Of a DNA stretch of 41,893 bases, positions 1-14,670 are shown piece by piece. The DNA comes from Paraglomus brasilianum. Taxonomy: Eukaryota. The stretch covers positions 1 to 41,893 of the forward strand of contig CAJVPI010000217.1 of NCBI GenBank assembly GCA_910592345.1, written 5' to 3'. The notes beneath the pieces are model-generated. The model ran no database searches. It was not told where the DNA came from and saw only the letters and a list, made by a program, of their open reading frames with translations. The position numbers and the translations under genes are program-made. Positions within the stretch are counted from its first letter, which is position 1, and each line of letters opens with the position of its first letter.

Positions 1-104
1 TTGTACTATCACCCGTTTCAGTGACCGAGAATTACTAAGTTTAGCTATTGTTTGTATCTTGTACTATCACCAATTTCCGTTACCGAAAATTACTACATTT
101 GAAC
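1..104. repeat. Imperfect ~58-bp tandem repeat (2 units visible, may continue left of the window)
   Basis: ttgtactatcacc...accga(g/a)aattacta occurs at position 1 and again at 59. Confidence 0.7.
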
Positions 105-289
105 TTTAGTGTGACAGTACTAAAATTAGATCGCTGCGGGTAGTATTTTGACTGCGGAGGAAGATTTTATCACATGACTTCATCGACTGATTCATCAGAC
201 CGACTCGTCGTAACACTCTTAATGGTGCTTCCAGGTGGATGGAGCTACTCATAGAAGTAATAATGTCATGTGAAGGGTTGACATACAAT

Positions 290-675
290 AAACACTTACA
301 AATGTGCCAATATTTACCAGGCAATGTCATGCGCTTCATGATACAAGCGGCTCCCGATACAAGAACCCTTCGCTATAAGAAAGGAATTTGTTGGGTCCAA
401 TCACTTTCTTATATCGAGAATCACTTGTAATAGGAATTGAACGGGTTCTCAGGGACGAAGAATTTACGAGTGAGAATTGGGATCTTGATCGATGTACTGT
501 GTAAATTCGGATTCCAACTTTTTTTCCGAATAACATTTTCAAGCCATGTAATTTGATCTTTATTCAAAACCCTTCTAACTTTCTTGCACATCTCATCATC
601 AGATAAATATGTATCCCTTCTTTGTTGTGCAGCTAAGACTGCAAATAACTTATTGCAAATGCGTGTCTCCTCCTA
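290..675 (-). pseudogene. Decayed ORF of unknown family
   Basis: Protein-like reading after an acceptor-like TCTAG: GDTHLQ*LFAVLAAQQRRDTYLSDDEMCKKVRRVLNKDQITWLENVIRKKSW, then a frameshift to ESEFTQYIDQ; in-frame stops present. Confidence 0.35.
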
Positions 676-971
676 GAAGATTAAAGCATCAGTGAGCAGG
701 TTATTATTGTCGAGTCAACAATCACGGGAGAGTAATTGACTATTAATTGACTCTCTATTTCGAGCGCAATGTGGCTCTCCTACTTTTAGTTAAACCATAA
801 TAACAGTTAGTGACCTTTAAACTAGGCTTTCCTACTCACAACTTCAGCGTCGATGCGTAGACACTATCCCTCGATAATCAATCCGTCCTCGAGTATGCCT
901 CTGGATGGAATTGAATCGGCAGTCTACAGGGAGGGATATTATTATAGCTATAACAAACGCGTTATGTAGAC

Positions 972-1009
972 AGCAATTAATTATGTATCTAGCAATTAAT
1001 TATGTATCT
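972..1009. repeat. 19-bp direct tandem duplication
   Basis: agcaattaattatgtatct repeated twice. Confidence 0.85.
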
Positions 1010-4000
1010 GCCCACGGGAGTAATCACGAGACAAGAAGCGTTGCCCCTTTCCAATATAAGGGAGTCGTGGTTTAACGGCTATATCGGATAGTTTCAGGAA
1101 AATAAGATATTAAACGTATCTTTTCAAACCGAAATCTACGTTGCTTTTATATCTTTCGAAAAGACTAATTGATCTATTTTTAGCAACGCTTATTATTAAT
1201 ATTATGTTGCTGCATGTTTGTCTGTGTTGTGCGAGTGTGCAGTAGTATTCTTGGACTACTTTACGAACTGCATGTATGTGAGGGAAAGACTGTGCGTTTG
1301 TACTGCATTCATGCATGTAACACTTTGTGGGCTATTTTGCGAACTGTCCAGAAAGGTTGCTTACTTGTTCATGACAGTCTTATTGTTTTTTATACATGCC
1401 ATGCAAATAGTATAATTAATTTGCCATATCTTATTTTTCTCAAAATATAATCATAAAACTTGCAACAAACAAATCGTTTTTGCAATCTGCAAATGCAAAG
1501 GCAAAACATTATTATGGAAACAAAGTTGCTTGAAGAAAAAAAGTTGATTGAGAAGAGTTAGAGTGCCAGATTAATTTTGAACAAGTATATATTAATATGA
1601 TGGCCATCATTATGCTTAACCTCAATATTAGGTATGCTGAAAGTATATTCCCTTTTAGGCTTGACAGATACAAGAGAGAACTGATGTCAAGCTTGTTTGT
1701 TACAACAAGCAGTTACAAGAAAAGACGCGGATTGGATAAAACTCAAGTATCTTGCGAGCTACCAGAAAAGAAGATCAAAACTATTAGGAGGCCATACCAA
1801 ATAATCAATAAAATTTCTAGCTGTAATGTTCATCTTTAATAATAAAAAAAAAAAAAATAACCTGTCAAATGCATGATCCGCTATTACTTTTTGCCGGGGG
1901 ACTGTAATAAACCCGCATGCAACAAAGCATCGTCTACTCTTTTCTTTCTGCGATCTATCGTTCTTGCCGTTGTAGTCACATTGAGGTTTACCATAGTGCT
2001 TAACTGCTGAAGCTAATAGTATTAGTATGCATTATTTCGTTGATTGGCAATCCGTGCAACGTTTGCTAACCCGACATTTAGGACTTCGATAAAATATAAA
2101 AAGTGAATTTATGAATTGTGTGACGTATTTCCTTATATGGGCACTGTCGCGAGTGAAGATAAGCAAATAAATAATACACTCGTATTACATAAATGTTTGT
2201 GTCAATTATTTGTTACAGTCAACACTTTCTTCCGACACTTTTATAGTCGTACAGCATATTCGCCGATCAAGTGTGTGTAAATTAAGATGGATGATAATTG
2301 GATATGCAATACTACAGAAAAACTTATCGAAGAATATTCGAGTGAGGAAGGCAAGCACTTGTGACAACTAAGAAGCCTTTTAGCTCAAAGAGACTTACAG
2401 CAGAAAATGACATAATAAATAAGTAATTGGCAATGTCTATTGTGTCCTTTCAATATAATAATGGACATGTAGATATTTGTCAAACGATAGGACAAAGTAA
2501 AATATTGATATTGTTGTATCGGAATAAGGTTTGGCCGTGGGTTTGAGTTTTATCTCACAGTGTTCGCTTTCTTTAGGTTCTGTCCACTCATTTCCAAGCC
2601 ACTCGTGTGAGTTTTAATCAAGGATTCCTCTTTTAGACAAGCAATAGTTAGGTAGTGGGAACGCGCTAGAAACTTTTCGGTTTAGACTGTTACAACAAGT
2701 CTATATCAAATACCTTGAAAAAACGCAACAAGCCCCGAAAGAAATCATAACGTTCGTTGCTTGTTCTTTCTGATAAACGGGTCTCTAAAATAGCAACAAA
2801 AACATTTTATCCAATTTCTCAGGTAATGCGCGATTTTGTTCAAAACTCCTTAACTAAAATCTCATTGAGGATATATGCTTTTAAAGTCATTAGCATTTTT
2901 GTGACAACCATAAACCATGGGACTTTGGAGCAAATTTTGCGAAGGTATTTGGAGAGTGGAAAGCTTTTTAAGTGAAACAGTGATGGAATCGGCTGCGGGA
3001 ACGACAGTCGCTGCAATCAATCCTTTTGCTGTTCCCCTCGATGCATCGTGGCTATAAAATACAACTTACAGAAAACTTGAAGTGAAACCGTGATAGAGGT
3101 TGACAATTTTGTTGGTCTTACGAAACGAGGTCAATGGATTTATTATTAATATTATTAACAGCACCGATGTCAAGGAGTTTGGGGTTGAAACTGTAAGACA
3201 TATAATGTTATTGCTCTTTTTAATCTTATACGTTTCTTCAGGCTATTTGGTTGGCTTTGACGACTTTCTTGTTTTTTATCTAATTTATGATAAGTTTCTT
3301 CATGTGTACAATATTATCTTGAAATATTTAATTGTGGATATGTAAAATAAAGCGCAGCTTGCTTTGTCGGGTTCGATGTTATGAATATCTCTAGAAAAGT
3401 TTTTGCGGGCGTTTGCGTTGCCCAGTGAAAAAAAACAAAACAAACTTTTATATAATCGAGCTCAGGTTTTTTGCATTAAGAGGCGAGAAGATTTTAAAAT
3501 ATAGCTTGGCATATTTATTAATTGATGGAACGCGAATTTAATCGTGATTCCACACGGAAAGCAGCCTAACATCCTTTTCATAGTTTTAGTTTGTGTAACA
3601 TACCATTTACGTCCCTGTCACGTGTATAATCGCAGAATACTAAACAAAGATTCGAACAAATGTAGGATTCGTTTCACAAGGGCAAACTAATAATACTGAG
3701 TATTCCCCTCCCAAGTGATATATAAACAATGGGTGAAAGATTGAAGTTTGGTAGTTATATAATGCTTGTTTAACTGTTATAAATTGACAAGTCTATAGTG
3801 GATTTTATTGATTCTAGTTAAGAATAGACAACAAAAAACCACTCACAAATGTCCTGATTTGACAAAAGCTTAGCAACCTTTAATCTTTGGAATCACCAAA
3901 CTCTTTCCAATAAATATCAAGGTAATAAACGATATATTTTTTTATTGGGATCTCTCCGGGCATGAGATCTTACTTTGAGTGTCAAGTGTTTGTTTAAATT

Positions 4001-4236
4001 CCTCCTGTCCTCTACATTCTTCGTATATTACTCCATTATCTTAACCATCTGTCTCATGTCTGTCTGTCTGTCCGTCTGCTCATTACTGCCATTCCCGGAA
4101 AATGTTCGATCAATATAATTGTTTCTCTGTGATTTAACTATATGCTGTTTCTTATATATACATACTATTACGCAATTAATAAAAAAGTTCTGTTTTCATT
4201 AATTCTTGACATCTTCACAAATCCATCTACTACAAG

Positions 4237-5835
4237 TCATGAACTTTTTATTCGGCTCCTACGTTCGAATCCCCGTCTTCCTAAGCAGCTTATGACTTTA
4301 TTATTTAGTTTTTTGGCTATCCAGAATACAGGTAATTTATAGGGTACGTAGTGCGAGAATAGTGCACGCTCATCATTGCGTGGCCTCGGCTGAGCGTTAC
4401 TTGCCATAATAATGTACTAAAGCGATAGTTGAATATGTGCGAAAAATTAAAACCATTAATCAAAAGTATTCGAATTGGAAATAATATTTATATAATAATG
4501 TACTTACAACTGGAAATACCATGGCAAATATGCCTGCACTAAAGAATTTGTTAACAAAGAATGTGACCCCTGTAAACAGGAAACCTTTAAAAAGACAATA
4601 TAATTGAATATTTCATATAAAAGCCTTCCATCAGTGACACATAAAAATCAGCATACATACCAAATCCGGCAAAATAAGCCCATCTTTCTTCAAAATAATC
4701 AATCCTTTGCTCCAAATTCCATCTTTTGGCTGTCCATTTGTACCTGTCGACACATTTAATAGATTACCGGAAAAGAAAAAAAATTTTTTAGTCAATCAAA
4801 CTATAAAGCCAGAAATCGAAAATATGGACTTACTCAAAACTGTAAAAAGCGTATATCCAACAGATAAACATAAAAGATAACGCTGGGCCAATAATCGGTA
4901 TTACATATACTAACGTCGCTACAATGAGATAGTTCATCAATAGCAACGCTCGATAAATCTCATCTGCCAAAACCTTTGGTAATCTAACAAGAGAGTAAAA
5001 AAAAAATGCCGGGTAAAAAATACGAGAAAACATTCGATACACGGTCAAACAACCCATCCGACTATCTGAATCTCTTACCTGGAATAAGTCAACTGTTGAT
5101 TAGAGGGTTGTCCGTATTGTAATCTGTAGGCTCTATCTGCAATTTGTTGATACCACATAGCATTCAAAACAAAACTGAGTAAGAAAACTGGGTATATCCA
5201 AAATAACTATTAAAAAAGGAGAGGGGAGGGAAAGAGAGAGAGAGTTTATAATGGTTGGCATATTAATAATGAAATCACATAGTTGTCATTATCACACATA
5301 CGAGATATGTTAATTTCACAAGCCATCCTAAAATAATTGCAACGAATGGTGAGTTCTCGCCACCCACTCTTCTTCCTTCTTCTTCCGCGCCTTCATGCCC
5401 CAGGAAAAAATGCAATATCGGCAACGTCAAACTATTAAACAACGCTATGCTGCCCAGGAATATGATGCCGTTCAAGGTAAAACACTTTAGGGCCCGATTT
5501 CGAATTGTGTTTGACCTATACGCAATTCAACAAAAGGGTTAATAAAGTAAATGACCATACTGTTGTGGTTTTCATCAGACTCTTTATTTCTTCTTCTCTT
5601 TTTGAATATATACCCACATATATATTATGATCAAACTCGATGGCCAGGCAAACGCATCCTTAACGCCATACCAGAAATACTTTACGCATAGCTTCAACGT
5701 ATCCTTCAAGCCAAGTCTTATTGTTGTTGCTGCCGGTTTTGGTGGTTTTGCCGGTTTTACTTGTTTTACTTGCTTTATGGACTCCGTTGGTGTCCCCTGA
5801 GGTATCTGCTTTGGCGAGCTATGTATGTCTGGCAT
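4237..5835 (-). CDS. EI24: EI24 (etoposide-induced protein 2.4) family multi-pass membrane protein, multi-exon
   Basis: Spliced reading gives GVKDAFAW..MSNTIRNRALKCFTLNGIIFLGS, WIYPVFLLSFVLNAMWYQQIADRAY, LADEIYRALL, IGPALSFMFICWIYAFYSFE, YFEERWAYFAGFG and a last exon YIIMASNAQP..YKLPVFWIAK..SS* (stop 4237-4239); GT-AG introns. Confidence 0.88.
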
Positions 5836-7118
5836 ATTCTGGCATTACCCAGTCTGTGTTGAGACTCTTTCACTAGGAGAATAGAATAATAGTTATTTAC
5901 GTGTGGTCTAATATATGAGATAATGACAGATAATTAAGGTATTCCATCGAAAAACTACAGTATTAGCAACTGAATTACTTGCACAGATCTGCTGTTCAAA
6001 AAGAAATAACTCTCAGCCAATGTAACACCACATAAGCGTGGAAAAACTATTGAACTCGTGATTACAGACCAATTGATTATGCAGATTTGTCCAACAATAA
6101 TTCATAAATGATAAATAGCAGGAATTTCTGATTCGGCATCGAGCCTCATAATGAGCCTGACATACTGTCATGTGTACGTTACAAAAAAAAAGGTCCAAAT
6201 ATGGTTTGGGCTCGTATTTATTTATAACGATAATATCAAAATATTTACCGAATTAAAAAGTACCACATAACCGATTTTGCACGTCATGGGAAACTTTTAC
6301 CGTCTTCGTATTACAAACCCGTGTACTTTGTTCCATGGACTTTTTTACTTTCTGCATAACGCCAAATGAGGCAATCAAAAAAATATCTTCAACATGGAAC
6401 CCAATTTTGTATGTTATCTCCGCGATCACGTAGTGCATGTAATGTGTTTTATTACAACATACCAATGCGTCATTGTTCATGAGGTTTACGTAGATCATTG
6501 TATCTTTGCTCTTATCGGCTGCGAGCGAGCGAACGGACGAAGATATATTATTTAAAATCTAACAAACATAAACTTGGCGAAGAAAGGCAAGTTTCCCCAT
6601 TAAGAAGCGTTTTCTAGAAACGTCTGCGATATATTGTGTTTCTCAAACTGGTTAGGTTTTAGCGATCCGACTCGAATAAACTAGAAAATATTCGACATTG
6701 AGTCTTGGACTACTGAACAAGCTAGACATTCTAACACTGCCCGTACTTACTTTCTATCCCATAATGTGTTAACAATTCAATAAATTCATGCCTGATTTTT
6801 TTAAACGGCATGTTCGTTTTCTTCAATTATTATTATTCTCTTCATCCCATTAGAGACAGCAAATGGCCTTTCTTTGCCAAGTTAGAATTTCAAATGATAC
6901 TTGTCGTAATGATCCCTCTCATGCAATCACACTACTGACTGCATTCATTGTCATTTAGGTTCACGCTAGGCACAAAAAATTGCAAGAACCAGTCTGCATG
7001 TATATTATATCGTTCAAGCAATATTATAATATTTAATGCTTAATTTTGGGCCCCCAATGTACCACACAGTTCACATCGGCCAAAGCCGTAAAAGTTCGCT
7101 CATTATAATAAACATACT

Positions 7119-8824
7119 TTAATCAACTTCGCAATACTCAACGTAAGACTCATTAACTAATTCAAGAATCTCGTCACTAGTCATAATATTCGCTGATTGT
7201 GAGTGCGATTTACTTGCTTCTATTTCAACATCCGAATGTCCGTAATCAAGGTCAAGGTCGGGATCCATAGTAGCCCTATCAGTTTGTGATACACTTTGAT
7301 CGTCTTCCGAAGCAGATTGGACATGATAGCTCTCCTCGCTGTCCGAGTCTGAATGACGATGCCTACGACGACCTATAATAATAATAAACATATCAATTGT
7401 TAATAACACTCGTAACCCATGATATTTGAACAAAAGGTAGACAATGCAAAACACTTACCGCGCCGTCCGTATACACTGTCATCATCACTACTAAACAAGT
7501 CACCAAGATTATCTTCATCCCTTCGCCGCTTCCTTAATGCGCCAGATTTGATATCCATATGCAATTTATTGATCTGTTGAACGTCTTCTTCCAGTTCGAT
7601 TTGTCCCCAGTATGCCCTCGCTTTCGATGCATTACCTCGCTTACCCTTTGTTCTTACTATAAACTCATTCATGTTCTCATCTTCACCAAAGTCATATTCC
7701 TTGTCTGAACCACCAGCATCAAAGAATTCGTCTTCACTCACAACGGCTTCGACATCCACATATTCGGAATGAGGTCGAACTTGTTCATGGACAGCATGGA
7801 TCTTGGGTGAATTTATCGAAAATTCAAGGTTGTTATCGGAATCTTGTTCAGTAATTGAGCGGTCATGCCCGACCGCGTCGTCTTCATCATCTCCATTGTC
7901 GCTTTCGCTTTCGCTTTCGTTTTCGCCCTCACTCTCACCCTCGCTCTCTGTATCATCGGATATAGAATCAAATTCACTACCACTGTAAATTGTTTCAACA
8001 TAGTCCTCATCCGAGTCAGAGATAATCTCATCATTGTTCGTCTGATTTAAATTATTTGCTGATGCCATTCTCATCTCCTTCTCAATTGTCTCCCTAAGTG
8101 AGGCTGAAGCCAGTCTCTTCATCTGTCGCTCTTGTACTTCTTGTAGGGTTTTTAACGCAGTTCTCTGTCGTAACTCTTCCCAAAATTCTTTGTCGGAATA
8201 TACGGCCTTTTTTGAAAAGGGTTTGCTTGCTAACAACGTAGTCGATATCTTTGGTGGTTCGCTGTAGTCAACAACAAGGTCATCATCACTATCCTCTTTT
8301 GTGTCGAGGACAGCTCGCTTTTGTTCTTCTTTACGTGCATAACATTTCAAAGAACGTAATTGCTCTGATGTAAATACTTTGGCTCGATTGAGCTTATTGC
8401 GAGTTCGAATACGTCTACAAGCCAATAGTGGGTAAACTTCAGATAACATGACGGCGCATAGATAGACAATACCAGTGAACAATACTCACTCGCTTTTTTG
8501 GAAATACGTTGCGTGGATGTTTTTCCTGTTTTCGATATAAGACACCTTACTTGGAGACGCTATTGGAATTATTTCTTCGGCAGTGGCTATCGATTGCAGA
8601 GAAAACAAGATAATTAGACAACTGCATCTATTAGAAGTAAAAATTAAAAATAGAAGACTGGAATAATCTCAGGATTTAAGACCTCGCAATAGCATGTACG
8701 TCTCGAATTCAAGATCAAGATCATCTTCAGGTAATGAATGGGTATTGTCATGAATGGGCGTTAATTGTAAAGTTGTTTCGTCAATGGACGTGCTGTTGGA
8801 TGAGTCAAGTATTAAAGAATCCAT
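7119..8824 (-). CDS. Hypothetical acidic, low-complexity (D/E/S-rich) protein, about 4 exons
   Basis: ATG at 8824 (MDSLILDSS); long open exon ~7458-8418; intron G|GTAAG..ATAG|GT joins the 7119-7373 exon in frame; basic KRRR patch. The first donor site is uncertain. Confidence 0.7.
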
Positions 8825-10156
8825 TAATTCGAAGCTCGCGCTCTGACACGCGTTTTTTGCTGATCATGCACATTTAGAGTGTAGGCATAAATTGGGGTGT
8901 TACAAAAATAGGGAATGCCACAACACTATCCCATAAAGAAAATTGTATCTCCCTGGGAAAATGGGAAAATGACATCTGTGAGTGAGCTTGCTAGAATCGA
9001 CTTTAAATAAATAAAACGCGATCTTGTCATCACAATTGATGCATACTGTTAATATTGAAATGGTTAATCTATTATGGTAACGTTTACAACTCATTAGTCA
9101 TAAGTGGAATCCTTTTGTCTGTGAGTAATTTTTATTTTACCAAGACATGAATAGGAAAAGTTACCTATACACGCCCATAGAAGCATTTTTTTTACACACC
9201 ACTGTACGTAATGTAAAGCTGACTGGTAAGGTAGCGTGTTTCAAAGGAAAATAAAATAACCTTCACATGTGGTAATTCATTTTGTTATCTATTCATTTTT
9301 GGACAATCGTCTCTCCTCTCCAATATGAATCCTTCAGTCACTAATTCTTTAGTCATCTATACAATCTTTCTCTCTTTGGCTTTTTTCCTGCTTCCCATCT
9401 AAGCTATAAATTAAAATCGGCTTTAACGTAGTAATAGAACTTTCCTACATTATATTGTATGTATGATTTGGATTTGGTAGCATCTTACTTGGAGAATGAA
9501 TTACTTCACTGTGAATAGTTTGAAGAATTGGATAGAAAAGCGGCTAAAGTAGAGGAATTTCCCGGCTGCTGTATAATTGTTGAAAAGACGTATTCTATGA
9601 ATGGTGGATGACATTCTTCAAACGGGGATTGCAACAATTACCCAAATTGGGATGTTCCAGTGTCTAAATGTCCTAACGATAAATGTAAGCAGGTCAAGTT
9701 CCGAAGCAAGCTTTTAGAGTCATCTTTACAACCAACTCCCATGAATTTTTTAGTAAATGAAAACTTTATCCACTACATCTTAACTGAAAGACGTTTTACT
9801 ATATTAGACAATTTCTCTATGCTACCTTACATTTGACTATGAAAGTGAATATGTTTCACAATCTTTCTGTTTACTTTTACTGTATATTAGATAAATACCT
9901 TATCAAACGTTAATAATTAAGCAAAGGTAGATTACACAATTTTTTTCAACCTAGCCTCACTCCACCCAACCCTCACTTTTGAGTATAGCAGTACGGCAAG
10001 GCAGCGCGTACAGTTTAAATAAGATTAATTTGCTATGTTGGTCTCTTTTTTCGAGTCTGGAATAATCAATTTTCGATAAGTTAATTAATGATTGACGAAT
10101 CGATAGAACCATTTTAACCCAACCACTAACTGTCGTATCAACCTTCGACTCACCAT

Positions 10157-13100
10157 TTATAAGTATAGTGATGCTGCAAATACGATATCTCTTCTGATTT
10201 TTGTAAGAGCTTATGGAAACGGAAAATGTTAGCAATTAAAAGGAAAACGGGCGAATAATTCTCAATCTAATCTGCGTACCTTCTGAGAATTTGCTCTCTA
10301 ATTGTGTATTCCCAATACACTTGGCAGCGGATACCATAGATCGTAGGGCTTCTTCTAGATTACGGAAATGTCGTATGATGCTTCCCTCAAATATGTCCGT
10401 CTTTTGACATATTTGATAGAACTTTGCACCCTAATAAATGAAACCAGTCAACGAAGTCTACTGCTCATAAGCCCTTCTCACGGCTCTTCACGTGTTATTT
10501 AATTACAGCCACGTTGTCGTCTTACCTGTGTCCACAAATAAACTACTTCCATCAGATCACAGTGAAACTTTGATATATACTCCGTAATATCTATTTGTAG
10601 TTTACACTCAACAGTAATTTCTGCAATTCTCGTGGCTGTCTCTTTGATAACCCTATAAGGGGCTGCAAATTCTTCCCTTAATGAACCTGGATCGAGTTCT
10701 CCGACCTCAACCACAAAACAACTCATCACAGCCGCAGTCAACTCCGGTGACATGTCATTAAAGAATCTATTCATCAACAATTCCGTAAGCACAAGCTCAT
10801 CTCCAGCATTTATCTCGCAAGCCACTCGGCCTTTAATATCTACAACGTCGGCGGATGTGAGATAGCCAAGACGACGGAGAACGCGTTTGCGACTTTTTAG
10901 TTCATCTTGTTGTATTAATGAATGGGCGAATTGGATTTTCTTGCGAAGTGCGCGGAGTTTTTGTTGTATTGTCATTTTTCTGCTATAAAGCTCGTAAAGT
11001 TCTGTTAAACGGGGAGATTTATTCAAGGGATTATTAATGAGACGCGATTCGAGTGTCTCTATGCGCTGTGATCATTAATTATCAGAAAGAGTTAAATTAG
11101 GGTAATACTAATTAAAAGGCTATCGATATTACGTGACAATAAAACTAACCTCCATAAGCTTCGCGAAGCCTGCGTCTTTAATACCCATATCCAACACTGG
11201 GTCCAGTAATGGCACATTGTTGTCGAACCTCTCGAGAACTTCTTGCAAATTTCGATACATTTCTCTTCTAGCCTCGAGGGATGTAATGTCTTTAGGTGAA
11301 AAGACACGGACAGTACTAATGCCATTCAGTGCTGTTAATAATACTGGTATGACCTGCTCAAGCAGTAAGAATTTAGTAGTTATCAGTTCTCAAGATTAAA
11401 GCGTTATAAGTATGACTATTAGACCTCGTACTCGACATATACCATAGGCGTGCCCTTTTCACCCTCTCGGGGTGGCTTAACTCCAGTTGTTGTTCCATCA
11501 GGATTCTTTGCAACAATCGAACTCGAGTCACAGTTCAGCAATACATCGATAACGAAATCTGTCGACCTTAGAGATTCCTTTGGTGTGCGTCTGCTATCTT
11601 TTCCATCTTTTTTTACGTTCAACACCTAAATAACAGATGATAATATAGGATGAATTTCGGACCCACGACACAGTTACCCACTAAGAATAATCTCGCACGG
11701 TTTAGCTAGTGAGTCAGGGAAGAGGGTATAATTACATATCTCAATTTCCCGACTAATTGAGTAGCTCAAGTGTCGCCTGGCCAAGGATAACAAATACTGT
11801 GACTATGACAACCCCGAATGTCTTATAAAATGGCACATTCTCGCGCATGCCATGCAGGAATACTCAAAGACGATACCATTCCCAAATACAAAGAGTAGTA
11901 TTGCCATATATACCTTCGCTCTTGAAACTGATACGACAGCGCCCCATCCAAAATCAGTTCCGTCCATCTCAATCCTTACGAGTCTTCCAACGTGCAAGAA
12001 CTGCACAGAATATACAGGATGATTAAGCACATCCCGCATGTCACGAGAATGTATCTCGAGTTGTTGTCGTAATTCATAGTACTCGGATACAACCTCTTCA
12101 TTTGGTATTACTATACAATCTCTCTCTTCTTCCAAACATTTATACTCCACTTCCAAGTTCGGTAGGCTTGTAGTATTTTGGAACTGATAAAAGCTGTTTC
12201 TAAGCATATGCTCAGGGCTCATACCTTCGAGCCGTGTCATGTTGAGAATCATGTTGTATTTTAAATGAAATGCAGAGATCAGGGGGTCTGCGTCGCCCTA
12301 ATCATTGCACATATTATTAGTCGGTTGAGATCATCGCACTTGAGCAATGACAAGCAAGTTCAAATAGCTTACCATGATCATGTTTTTCATGACTGATGGC
12401 TCCACCTTATCATGGGCCATCATAATGACAATTCCCCTCTCATCAAGACCTCGTCTTCCTGCTCGCCCAGACATTTGTATATATTCTCCAGAAGTTAAAT
12501 ATCTCAAGTTTTTTCCATCCCATTTTGATACTTGTGAGAATACTACTGTCTTTGCAGGCATGTTCAAACCCATCGCGAAAGTTTCGGTCGCAAATAATAC
12601 TTTGATGAGCCCCTCTTGAAAAAGAATTTCGATGACTTCTTTTAGGAGAGGCAATAATCCTGAATGATGTATCCCAATACCCCGATGAAGGAGAGGAAGT
12701 ATGTGTTCAATTTGAGGCAGTTGTTTATCATCTTCGTTTAGACCGTTTATGGCGTTGGTAAATATTTGATCCACTAATTGATGCTCGTTATCTGAATTAA
12801 TCGGTTATAACGAAAGGTGTCAAGCGAGAACGATTGAAGTGGGATAAAAGTACGATTTGGCAAGATTGTATAGAGCGTAGTTAATTTACCATCATTTAAA
12901 TCCAATTGACTCATTTGCAATGCTAGCAATTCGCACTCTTTCTTGCCAAACGCAAATATGATTACTGGGTTATAATTCCTTTGCATAATCATCTTTACAA
13001 TTCTGTATATATCGGGTGGTCCTAATAAACGATTGAATTAATTACTGCTATCAGATAATCAACCACTTGACCAGTCTTAACATTTACCATCCGTGATTTC

Positions 13101-14248
13101 TCTTCCATTCTTCTTTGTCTTTCGACTTTTTCTATCAGAAGATTCTTTCTCATTGTCTTTTGGCATATCTGCGAGAGCTGCTTGAAAGTTATCCTCGCGA
13201 AATACTCCTTTCTCGTCAACTACCATATAGATACCACTAGCTCCGTTAGGAAAAATGTAATGTTGTAAGGGAGTCGGACGGTAATCTGTGTATACAACGT
13301 GACAAGGCTAACAAAATAGCATGCAATAAGTATATAATGACAAGTCAAACATGAATCGTATTGCAGAAGTATATGATAATCGATAACTGACCTGTTCATG
13401 TATTGTACAAACCCACTCTGCAAATTCCATTGCATTCGGAATAGTGGCTGATAAGAATGCATAGTGTACTTGATGTGGTAATAGAATAAGCGTTTCCTCC
13501 CATACAACACCGCGCGCTAATATAAAAAGTTGTCAATATATATGTTATCGTAATTAATGTCTTATTGTCTATACATTTACCTTTATCACGCATATAATGT
13601 ATTTCATCAAAAATTACCCAAGAAACTTCGCGCAATATTTCGCTGCCGCGATATAACATACTGCGCAAAATCTATTACCGATATATTAGACACGTGGAAA
13701 TGACAGCCGGAATGATATGAGTTGCAGAAAAGTAGTAAGGTTTCTTATGAACACACGATAACAGCCCTTTAATAATAAGCGAATTGCACACCTCAGTTGT
13801 CATAACTAAACACCCGGCGGATGGGTTAATAGAAACATCTCCAGTCAATAAACCAACGTCACCAAATTCCTCTTGTAATTCTCTGTATTTTTGATTACTT
13901 AAAGCCTGTGTAAAAAATTTAATAAACATTAATAAGTTTTTCGTATCAGAAAAACTTTACAATTGAAAAAGTTTTCTTAGGCTCAATAAATACCTTAATC
14001 GGACTGGTATATATCACTCGCTGGTTAGCACTTAGAGCTTGCGCAATTGCATACTCAGCAACCACAGTTTTGCCAGCAGAAGTGTGCGCACTGACAAGAA
14101 CTGACTCGGATCGTTGTATCGATGCAATGGCTACTTTCTGAAATGGATCGAGAGAAAATGGATACACTCTAGCTGGAGTAGCTGGAGGTACGTGTTCGGA
14201 TATTGGAATGTAGTTGTAGCCATGTGGAAGAGCCACTTGGTGTCTGAC
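10157..14248 (-). CDS. MTR4: Ski2-like DExH RNA helicase, MTR4/DOB1 type (exosome/TRAMP cofactor); 5' end unresolved
   Basis: [21 protein letters not shown] (Walker A), [59 protein letters not shown], arch/KOW region, KGRVACEI, and C-terminal [13 protein letters not shown] (stop 10157-10159); the exon junctions checked join in frame. Confidence 0.95.
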
Positions 14249-14670
14249 CTACCAAAAGCGAGCTTGTCAGTAAACATATGTGTGGCGGAGAATGTGATTG
14301 ATATGCATAAGAAACATGTAAAAATGCAAATATGGTATCAAAAAGATAGTGTACAGGTGTCAAGGCATTTAATTTAATCTCTCGGCCTTATGTTCCGGCT
14401 TACAGGGCACGCGAAACGAAGAATTTATCTTTACCCACCAAATCCATTAGCAGACTGTATTCTATAAATTTACTTCCGGTCTACAATTTCAGCAGGATCG
14501 TGTATGAATCCTAGCAGAGAAGAACTGTGAGCAGAATGAAATTTTTTCGATTTCCCGACTCAATCTTATGGTTACACACACCGCAGTTATAACGTCGCGT
14601 TTTCGAATCCATCCACTGATTTTATTTCATACCAAGGATCAGAGGTTTTGCTTTCCAGTATTGTAGTACA

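Noticed and set aside
1..104. Possible CRISPR-like repeat-spacer array
   Set aside because: Only two imperfect units, similarity spans most of the unit, eukaryotic context, no cas genes
2200..3400. Short protein-like fragments, possibly an HMG-box or other pseudogene
   Set aside because: No diagnostic motif could be reconstructed
7803..8050. Antisense and alternate-frame ORFs in the acidic gene
   Set aside because: By-products of the GAAAGC/GAGGGT repeats encoding ES/EG runs
9500..9840. Cys-containing reading frame (FEELDRKAAKVEEFPGCC..KCPNDKCK), possible RING relic
   Set aside because: Internal stop and incomplete ligand spacing; too weak to call
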